Source: Rhodospirillaceae bacterium (GTDB taxonomy: Bacteria; Pseudomonadota; Alphaproteobacteria; Rhodospirillales; UBA2165). Taken from it: 64,000 nt of DNA. Of the stretch, positions 57,319 to 64,000 are shown piece by piece (within the stretch, counting starts at the first letter, position 1; each line of letters begins with the position of its first letter). The translations under genes and the position numbers were made by a program. The notes under the pieces are model-generated. The model did no database searches, was not told where the DNA came from, and saw only the letters and a program-made list of their open reading frames with translations. The stretch covers positions 7,928 to 71,927 of the forward strand of contig JABHAA010000156.1 in NCBI GenBank assembly GCA_018674495.1, read 5' to 3'.

Positions 57319-57546
57319 GGGTGAAATCTTGCATATAAGGGGAAAATGTAAAAATGTGCCGCGGGTGCGGAAAAGCGGTAATTCGGGGCAGGGCGCCCGA
57401 TCGCTTGATGATAAAGTTTGAAGTCCGATTACTCGGTCGAGTTCGGATCAGATTAATCCAAGAAGTAACCGAAACCCGTAATCAAGTCAAATATAGATTG
57501 ATGAATATCACGCCGGCATACTATTTCCGAAATAACATCAGGGGCG

Positions 57547-57996
57547 TTAAAACGGTTTTACCACCACGAATATGACAATGCCGATCATCAGCACCGTCGG
57601 AATCTCGTTCATGATCCGGTAGAACTTAGCCGAGCGCTGGTTGTTATCGGCCTCGAAGTCCCGGCGCCAGCGGCTCAACATGCCGTGCATGCCGGCCATC
57701 GCAACTACGAATGTCAGCTTGGCATGCAGCCAGCCTTCGCTCCAAACGCCTGCATCGAAATTGGCCAACATCAGCCCACCGAACAGAAATGTGGCGATCA
57801 TTGCCGGATTGATGATGGCGCGCATCAGGCGGCGCTCCATAACCTTAAAGGTTTCCGATTGTTGGCTGCCGAGCTCGGCGGCGCAGTGATAGATAAACAG
57901 GCGCGGCAGATAGAGCATGCCGGCCATCCAGGCGATCACCGATATGATATGCAGCGCCTTGATCCAAAGAAATGCGGTGGCGGATAATTCTATCAT
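57547..57996 (-). CDS. hemJ: protoporphyrinogen IX oxidase HemJ
   Basis: Trimmed to ATG 57996. About 150-aa 4-TM protein with WIKALHIISVIAWMAGMLYLPRLF signature. Adjacent to hemH/hemE. Confidence 0.8.
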   Translation of the reverse strand: MIELSATAFLWIKALHIISVIAWMAGMLYLPRLFIYHCAAELGSQQSETFKVMERRLMRAIINPAMIATFLFGGLMLANFDAGVWSEGWLHAKLTFVVAMAGMHGMLSRWRRDFEADNNQRSAKFYRIMNEIPTVLMIGIVIFVVVKPF

Positions 57997-58010
57997 GGGG
58001 ATTTTTTTAT

Positions 58011-59045
58011 CTAGCCGGGGCGGTAAGGGCAAGCGGTGCGGCCCATAGGGCAAATGCGTTCGCCGCCGCTGGGGCACAACGGTCGCTGAGCGGTAAAGCC
58101 GGCGCGCACCAGATCGGCGAGGCCAGCGATGAATTCCGGTTCGGTGCCCACCGCAGACACCCGAATATAGGTTTCAATGCCCAGGCTTTCGGACATTTCC
58201 CGATATTCTATATCCAGCTCGACCAAGGTTTCCGAATGCTCGGAGACAAAGGCGATGGGCAAAACGATAACACCGACATGATCATCGGCGGCGCTTTGCA
58301 GGGCTTCGTCCAGGGACGGGCCGATCCATTGCAAGCGCCCGACCCGGCTTTGATAACAGATCATCCAATCATCGTCGTCCAGGCCTGCTGTCTGGGCGAT
58401 GGCACCAGCAGTCATTTCGATTTGTTGGGGATAAGGATCGCCTTTGGCGACGATCTTTTCCGGCAGGCCATGGGCGGAAAATAATATGCGCAAAGGTTTG
58501 CCGCCCGGCTGCTCTGCCATCGCAGCTCCAAGCAGGCGGGCATGGGCAGTGATCAGGCCGGGCTCGGCGGGATAGCAGCATATGCCATAGCTGGGCGCGG
58601 TCAGACCGGCAGCGCGGGCTAATCGATGCCATTCATCCAGGGATGACTGAGTGGTTGTCGTGGAGAATTGCGGATAGAGCGGCAATAGCAAAATCTCGTC
58701 CGCGCCAAATTTTTTAACCGCCTCGACTGCGGCCTCGGTCATCGGATGCCAGTAGCGCATGGCGATAAAGACCCGGGTCTCGCTATCATCGGCGGCCAGG
58801 GCACCTTGCAAGGCCTCGGCCTGTTCCTCGGTCAATTCAAGAAGCGGCGATTTGCCATCGATATGGTCATAGATGGCGCGCGCCGTCTTGGCCCGGCGCC
58901 CCGATATCAGCCGCGCCAGCAACCAACGTATTGGTCCCGGCAGATCGATGATCGCCGCATCATTGAAAAGATTAAAAAGAAACGGGCGCACCGCATCCGG
59001 GGCGTCGGGACCGCCGAGGTTAAACAGGACAACCGCGCGCTTCAT
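58011..59045 (-). CDS. hemH: ferrochelatase
   Basis: 344 aa with LFNLGGPD N-terminus, SAHGLP motif and a Cys-rich C-terminal tail. Confidence 0.92.
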   Translation of the reverse strand: MKRAVVLFNLGGPDAPDAVRPFLFNLFNDAAIIDLPGPIRWLLARLISGRRAKTARAIYDHIDGKSPLLELTEEQAEALQGALAADDSETRVFIAMRYWHPMTEAAVEAVKKFGADEILLLPLYPQFSTTTTQSSLDEWHRLARAAGLTAPSYGICCYPAEPGLITAHARLLGAAMAEQPGGKPLRILFSAHGLPEKIVAKGDPYPQQIEMTAGAIAQTAGLDDDDWMICYQSRVGRLQWIGPSLDEALQSAADDHVGVIVLPIAFVSEHSETLVELDIEYREMSESLGIETYIRVSAVGTEPEFIAGLADLVRAGFTAQRPLCPSGGERICPMGRTACPYRPG

Positions 59046-59069
59046 AACCCCATTGTCCCAAGCATCCCT

Positions 59070-60101
59070 TTAGCCGCGCACCACGGCTAGCAATCGCTCC
59101 ACATGTGCCACCGGTGTTTCCGGCAGGATGCCGTGGCCCAGATTGAAAATATGTGGTCTGTCGGCAAAGGCATCAATGATATCGCGCGCCGTCTGGTCCA
59201 TGACATCACCGCCGGACAGCAGCAAAAGATTATCCAGATTGCCTTGCACGGCCATGCCGGCGGGCAGATTTTTTGCTGCCCAATCCAGAGGCAGGGTAGA
59301 ATCCAGTGAGACACAATCAACGCCGGAGCGTTCGGCAAAAGCCGGATATTGGGCGCCGGCGCCGCGTGGAAACCCGATGATCGGCACATCACCATGGCTG
59401 GCGCGCAGCCGCTTGACGATTTCGGCGGCCGGTTTTATCACCCAGCGGTCGAATTCATCGGGGGGCAGGATACCGGCCCAACTGTCGAACAATTGCACGG
59501 TCTCAGCGCCATTACTGATTTGGCGGGCGAGGTATGACGCCGTTGCATCGACCAAAAGATCGATTAATTTTTGAAAGCCGTCCGGATTTTGATAGGCCCA
59601 GCTCCGGGTTTTCGCGTAATCCCGGCTGGAGCCACCTTCGACCATATAGGTAGCCACCGTCCAGGGCGCGCCGGCAAATCCAATCAGGGTAACGCAGTCA
59701 TCAAGGGATTCGGAAAGCCGCGATATGGTCTCGTAGACCGGCGCCAAATGATCATGCAGCATGGCCTCGTCAAACTCGGGCAATGGCTCACCGTCGGATA
59801 TGGCCTCCAGTTTCGGCCCCTCACCGGTAACGAACGATACTGCTTGGCCAAGAGCATCGGGGATTACCAGGATATCGCAGAACAATATGGCGGCATCCAT
59901 GCCATAGCGGCGCACGGGCTGTAAGGTGGCTTCCACCGCCATATCGGGGCTATAGCAGAAGTTCAAAAAATTCTTGGCTTTTTTGCGCAGCTCCATATAT
60001 TCAGCCAAATGCCGTCCGGCCTGACGCATCATCCAGACCGGCGGCGTCGGCTGGCGCTCACCGTTCAAGGTATTTAAAAGTGGCTTGGAAGATTGGCTCA
60101 T
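59070..60101 (-). CDS. hemE: uroporphyrinogen decarboxylase
   Basis: 343 aa with PVWMMRQAGR signature. Confidence 0.95.
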   Translation of the reverse strand: MSQSSKPLLNTLNGERQPTPPVWMMRQAGRHLAEYMELRKKAKNFLNFCYSPDMAVEATLQPVRRYGMDAAILFCDILVIPDALGQAVSFVTGEGPKLEAISDGEPLPEFDEAMLHDHLAPVYETISRLSESLDDCVTLIGFAGAPWTVATYMVEGGSSRDYAKTRSWAYQNPDGFQKLIDLLVDATASYLARQISNGAETVQLFDSWAGILPPDEFDRWVIKPAAEIVKRLRASHGDVPIIGFPRGAGAQYPAFAERSGVDCVSLDSTLPLDWAAKNLPAGMAVQGNLDNLLLLSGGDVMDQTARDIIDAFADRPHIFNLGHGILPETPVAHVERLLAVVRG

Positions 60102-60520
60102 TGCAGGTCCTGGCGGTTAAAATCGAAGGGTTTCGGGATAACTCACTTAAAACAAAAAAGAAATATATTATTGGATGTAGTTGTTGTTGGGGCCGGTATA
60201 AAGGGGATTAATTTTTCCTAACAGCTTATCCCGGCTTTTTTACAAGAACGGCTGGCCCATTGAAATACAGAGCGGCAAAAGGTGAGCAACCGGGTGGGCT
60301 GCCCATCCTAAGCCATTAAATGAGGACATTTCGCGGGCATGAAATTGTGCATGATAATTTATAAGATTTTATAACTCGGCTTTTGGCGGTTGGCGGGGAC
60401 AACCGGAATTCCTTGTATAAGAATGTGGCCTTAGATATGTGATGGTTGCACACAAATTGGCCCTTTGGGAAAAGGGCAGGCTTATCCCCTGTTTATCCCA
60501 AGTTATCCCGGATCGATCGC
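60102..60520. other. candidate chromosomal replication origin (oriC) in the hemE / DUF299 intergenic region
   Basis: A 419-bp non-coding gap in the synteny context hemE | gap | DUF299-maf-aroE-coaE-dnaQ. Five TTATCCC motifs at 60135-41 (minus strand), 60226-32, 60482-88, 60493-99 and 60503-09. AT-rich tracts at about 60150-60180 and 60340-60375. Confidence 0.6.
60482..60510 (+). promoter_or_regulatory. three tandem DnaA-box-like 9-mers (TTATCCCCT, TTATCCCAA, TTATCCCGG) at 10-11 bp spacing
   Basis: Each shares TTATCC with the TTATCCACA consensus and has 2-3 mismatches at its 3' end. The array lies directly upstream of the DUF299 ATG. Confidence 0.5.
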
Positions 60521-61351
60521 ATGGAAGAATTTCATCTGCATATGGTTTCCGATGCCACCGGCGAAACCGTCCAGTCGGTGGCGCGCGCCTGTCTGGTGCA
60601 GTTCGAAAATATCAAACCGGAGGAAAATCTCTGGACCTTGGTGCGCACCGAGGGCCAGGTCGACAAGGTGATCACCGGTATCGAGGAAAATCCCGGCTTC
60701 GTCCTTTATACGCTGGTTGATCCCAAGGTGCGAACCAAGCTGCAGGACGCCTGCCGGCGCATCCAGGTGCCGTGCATTTCGGTGTTGCAGCCGATCATGG
60801 CGGCCTTCGGCGGTTTTCTGAATATCGAACAACAGGCTCGGCCTGGTCTGCAGCACGCGCTCGACAACGAATATTTCGCGCGCATATCAGCTATGGATTT
60901 CGCTATGAGCCACGACGACGGCCAGGCCACCTGGAACCTGGAAGAAGCCGACGTGGTTCTGGTGGGGGTGTCGCGCACATCGAAAACGCCGACTTGTATT
61001 TACCTTGCCAACCGGGGCATCAAGGCAGCCAATATTCCGATCATTCTCGGCATGGAGGTGCCCGAAGAATTGTTCAGCCTGACCCATCCGCTGGTGGTCG
61101 GACTGATCAAGGAAACCGGCAGCTTGGTGCAGATCCGGCGCAACCGGCTGCGCATGCTGAACGAAGGCGCCCAATCCGAATATGCGGACCCGGACGCGGT
61201 CGCCGAGGAAGTGAAGTTCGCCAATCGCATCATTGCCGGGCCGGGCTGGCCGGTGATTGATGTCACCCGTCGCTCGATCGAGGAAACGGCAGCCTCGATC
61301 ATGCAATTGCTGTCCGAGACCCGCCAGCCCGAGCTGGAACCTGGGCAATGA
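60521..61351 (+). CDS. pyruvate,phosphate dikinase / PEP synthase regulatory protein (DUF299, PDRP/PpsR family)
   Basis: Trimmed to ATG 60521. [13 protein letters not shown]-terminus and P-loop GVSRTSKTP. Confidence 0.85.
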   Translation: MEEFHLHMVSDATGETVQSVARACLVQFENIKPEENLWTLVRTEGQVDKVITGIEENPGFVLYTLVDPKVRTKLQDACRRIQVPCISVLQPIMAAFGGFLNIEQQARPGLQHALDNEYFARISAMDFAMSHDDGQATWNLEEADVVLVGVSRTSKTPTCIYLANRGIKAANIPIILGMEVPEELFSLTHPLVVGLIKETGSLVQIRRNRLRMLNEGAQSEYADPDAVAEEVKFANRIIAGPGWPVIDVTRRSIEETAASIMQLLSETRQPELEPGQ

Positions 61352-61953
61352 GCGATGTGCCGCCGCCGGGATTGATCCTCGCTTCGGCCAGCCAGGTACG
61401 CGCGCGGCTTTTGGAAGGCGCCCGCGTGCCGTTCACGGTGCAGGTTTCCCAGGTGGACGAAGACCACATCAAAGACGCCCTGGCCGGCCAGGGCGTCGAT
61501 GCCATCGCCGCTCGTCTGGCGGAAGAAAAGGCGCGCGCCATCGCCGGTGATCACGGCGATGATCTGATCATAGGCGCCGATCAGATTTTGGAATGCGAGG
61601 GCCGTCTGTTTGACAAGCCCAGGGATCGCGCCGGCGCTGCAAGCCACCTTCGGGAATTGCGCGGCCGGGCGCACCGGCTGGTCACCGCCGCCGCCGTGGT
61701 TCGGGGCCCCGATCTTTTGTGGCAGACGGTGGCCGAAACCCGTCTTACCATGCGTGATGTCTCTGATGAATTCATTGATGCTTACCTAAACAGCGTCGGT
61801 GACGATGCGCTGGCATCGGTGGGCGCGTACCGTCTAGAAGACATGGGCGCGCAATTGTTTGCCAAGATCGATGGCGATTATTTCACCATCCTGGGCCTGC
61901 CGTTGCTGGAATTGCTGGAATTCCTGCGCAGCCAAGGGATATTGGAGCGATGA
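61348..61953 (+). CDS. maf: Maf-family nucleoside triphosphate pyrophosphatase
   Basis: 201 aa with [11 protein letters not shown]-terminus and [13 protein letters not shown]. The ATGA start overlaps the upstream stop. Confidence 0.85.
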   Translation: MSDVPPPGLILASASQVRARLLEGARVPFTVQVSQVDEDHIKDALAGQGVDAIAARLAEEKARAIAGDHGDDLIIGADQILECEGRLFDKPRDRAGAASHLRELRGRAHRLVTAAAVVRGPDLLWQTVAETRLTMRDVSDEFIDAYLNSVGDDALASVGAYRLEDMGAQLFAKIDGDYFTILGLPLLELLEFLRSQGILER

Positions 61954-62789
61954 GCATTTCCGGAAACGCTCGTCTGGCCGGCGTCATGGGGTGGCCCATC
62001 GCCCATTCCTTGTCACCCCGCATCCATAACTATTGGCTTCGGGAGCTGGGTATCGACGGCGCCTACGTGCCGATGGCGGTGGCGCCTGAAAACCTGGCCG
62101 ATGCTTTGCGCGCCCTGCCCAAGCTTGGTTTTACCGGCGTCAATATCACCATCCCGCACAAGCAAGCGGCGCTGATGGCCTTGGATCACGTGGATGATCT
62201 GGCGATGCGCATCGGCGCCGTCAACACGGTGACCGTCGGCAGCGATGGCGCGCTTACCGGCACCAACACCGATGGCTTCGGCTTTATAGAAAATTTGCGC
62301 GACCATGCGCCGGGGCTGGATTTGGCCAGCGGCCCGGTGGTGGTGCTCGGCGCTGGCGGCGCGGCGCGCGGCATCATAGCCGCGCTGATGGATGCTGGGG
62401 CCGGCGAAATTCGCCTGCTAAACCGGACCCGCGTCCGCGCCGAAGTGCTGGCGGCGGACCTGGGCGAAATTATGCAGATATTGGATTGGGACGAGCGCGC
62501 CGCCGCGTTGCAAGGCGCCGGCCTTTTGGTCAACACCACCAGCCTCGGCATGACCGGCGCCGGCGCGCTGGATCTGTCCCTGGACGCCTTGCCGGCGGCG
62601 GCAACCGTGGCAGACGCCGTTTATACGCCCTTGGAGACACCCTTGCTGGCGGCAGCACGCGGGCGCGGAAATATCACCGCAGGCGGGCTGGGCATGCTGT
62701 TGCATCAGGCGCGGCCCGGATTTGCAGCCTGGTTCGGTACCGAGCCCCAGGTGACGCCCGAGCTTGTCGCCCATATCCTGGATTCTTAG
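61950..62789 (+). CDS. aroE: shikimate dehydrogenase
   Basis: 279 aa with [14 protein letters not shown] and NITIPHK motifs and [14 protein letters not shown] motif. Confidence 0.92.
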   Translation: MSISGNARLAGVMGWPIAHSLSPRIHNYWLRELGIDGAYVPMAVAPENLADALRALPKLGFTGVNITIPHKQAALMALDHVDDLAMRIGAVNTVTVGSDGALTGTNTDGFGFIENLRDHAPGLDLASGPVVVLGAGGAARGIIAALMDAGAGEIRLLNRTRVRAEVLAADLGEIMQILDWDERAAALQGAGLLVNTTSLGMTGAGALDLSLDALPAAATVADAVYTPLETPLLAAARGRGNITAGGLGMLLHQARPGFAAWFGTEPQVTPELVAHILDS

Positions 62790-62792
62790 AAG

Positions 62793-63416
62793 ATGGTTAT
62801 CATCGGCCTCACCGGTTCCATGGCCATGGGTAAGACGACCGTCGCCGGCATGTTCCGCTATCTCCGCATTCCGGTTTATGACGCCGACGCCACCGTGCAC
62901 GCCATGCTTGCCAAGGGCGGCGAGGCGGTCGAAGACGTTGCCGGCCTGTTTCCGGGGGTGGTTGAAGATGGCGCCGTCAACCGCGCCAGACTGGGCGCTG
63001 AAGTGTTCGGCAAGGACGATGCCCTGGCGGGGCTGGAAGCCATCCTGCATCCCATGGTACGCCGCCAGCAGAGCCGCTTTTTAAAACGCGCTATGGGCCG
63101 CCGCGCTGCACTGGCGGTCCTTGATGTCCCTCTTCTGTTCGAGACCCGCGGCGAAGATCATTGCGATCTGGTGGCGGTGGTCAGCGCATCGCCGTTCCTA
63201 CAGCGTGCTCGCATACTATCCAGGCCCGGTATGAGCGCCCAGAAAATGCGCGATATCCTGGCCCGCCAAGTGCCCGATGGAGAAAAACGCCGGCGCGCCG
63301 ATTTCATCATCAATACCGGCCTTGATCGCCAGCAGAGCTTGCGGCAGGTGCGAAATATCGTCACTGTGGCTGGCACCATGACCGGCACCCATTGGCCGCC
63401 GGTCAAGCCCCGCTAG
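62793..63416 (+). CDS. coaE: dephospho-CoA kinase
   Basis: P-loop GLTGSMAMGKTT, 207 aa. Confidence 0.9.
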   Translation: MVIIGLTGSMAMGKTTVAGMFRYLRIPVYDADATVHAMLAKGGEAVEDVAGLFPGVVEDGAVNRARLGAEVFGKDDALAGLEAILHPMVRRQQSRFLKRAMGRRAALAVLDVPLLFETRGEDHCDLVAVVSASPFLQRARILSRPGMSAQKMRDILARQVPDGEKRRRADFIINTGLDRQQSLRQVRNIVTVAGTMTGTHWPPVKPR

Positions 63417-63447
63417 TGGTATCGCAGCAACAATTTATGGACGGCAG

Positions 63448-64000
63448 ATGAGAGAGATTGTTCTCGATACGGAAACCACCGGCCTCAATCCGGCCACCGG
63501 CGACAGGATTGTCGAGATCGGCTGTGTCGAGTTGATCAATCACCTGCCAAGCGGCGAGACCTACCACCAATATATTAATCCCGAACGGCCGATGCCGGAA
63601 GAAGCCTTCGCCATCCACGGGCTTTCCGATGAATTTCTGGCCGATCAGTTGCCGATGGGCGATGTGGCCGAGGCGTTTCTCGAATTTATCGGCGATGCGC
63701 CTCTGGTCATCCATAATGCCGATTTTGATATGCGCTTTATCAATGCCGAATTGACCGCATTGGATCGGCCCGTCCTGCCGAAGACGCGGGCTATCGATAC
63801 GGTGACCATGGCGCGCAGCGCCTTTCCTGGCGCGGCGGCTAGCCTGGATGCCCTTTGCAAACGGTTCGGCATCGACAATTCCTCGCGCAGCCTGCACGGC
63901 GCGCTCTTAGACGCGCAGCTTCTCGCCGAGGTGTATTTGGAGCTGATCGGCGGGCGGCAAGCGGATATGGCTTTGAAAGACGATGCAGCCGGGCCAGGCG
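63448..64000 (+). CDS. dnaQ: DNA polymerase III subunit epsilon (3' end outside window)
   Basis: Translated by hand: MREIVLDTETTGLNP... (Exo I motif), ...AIHGLSD..., and HNADFDMRFIN (Exo II). Not in the ORF track because it runs off the window. Confidence 0.85.
   Translation, partial: MREIVLDTETTGLNPATGDRIVEIGCVELINHLPSGETYHQYINPERPMPEEAFAIHGLSDEFLADQLPMGDVAEAFLEFIGDAPLVIHNADFDMRFINAELTALDRPVLPKTRAIDTVTMARSAFPGAAASLDALCKRFGIDNSSRSLHGALLDAQLLAEVYLELIGGRQADMALKDDAAGPG

Noticed and set aside
60208-60222. CtrA-box-like TTAA-N7-TAAC in the candidate origin.
   Set aside because: Only a partial match to TTAA-N7-TTAAC, present as a single copy. CtrA control of replication is not general outside Caulobacter-like lineages.

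Overview
GC-rich alphaproteobacterial chromosome segment (Rhodospirillales-like, judged from gene content and synteny only). It covers the replication-origin neighbourhood and is mostly core housekeeping genes. From the left: tsaB, a cell-wall trio (VanX/DdpX-like dipeptidase, secreted polysaccharide deacetylase, glucosaminidase), trpS, murJ, glnD, mutS, ald, ubiH-family hydroxylase, amtB-glnK, ftsK, lolA, xthA, an orphan OmpR-type response regulator and yggS. After the island: leuS-lptE-holA and the classic origin-proximal block parB-parA-rsmG-mnmG-mnmE, rho, hemJ-hemH-hemE | intergenic | DUF299(PDRP)-maf-aroE-coaE-dnaQ. The 419-bp hemE/DUF299 intergenic region is the likely oriC: five TTATCCC DnaA-box-like motifs plus AT-rich tracts. 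Two perfect parS sites lie at the rsmG 5' end. The one clearly accessory region is about 29.9-40.9 kb. It holds five genes that each fuse an N-terminal TPR array to a different transferase domain (SAM methyltransferase, two TPST/RaxST-like sulfotransferases, a GT9-like glycosyltransferase broken by a 1-nt frameshift in an A-run, and a GT41/SPINDLY-like O-GlcNAc-transferase homologue), arranged around a porin gene. The central part looks lower in G+C than its flanks. I consider this the best candidate for an undescribed system, a co-localised toolkit for protein modification, but that is inference. Other points worth a second look: a terminator-bounded sRNA candidate with a C-rich loop that has a 12-nt match to the 5' UTR of an adjacent small membrane protein; a near-consensus sigma-54 promoter in front of a Pro/Ala-rich unknown protein; helically phased GTATGG x4 repeats upstream of glnD; an 11-bp perfect tandem duplication upstream of amtB; a 5'-truncated SulP/STAS gene coupled to a macro-domain gene; and a ParB with a 119-aa acidic C-terminal tail. 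No tRNA/rRNA genes, CRISPR arrays, transposases or integrases were recognised. All domain calls rest on motifs read by eye, and no database search was run.
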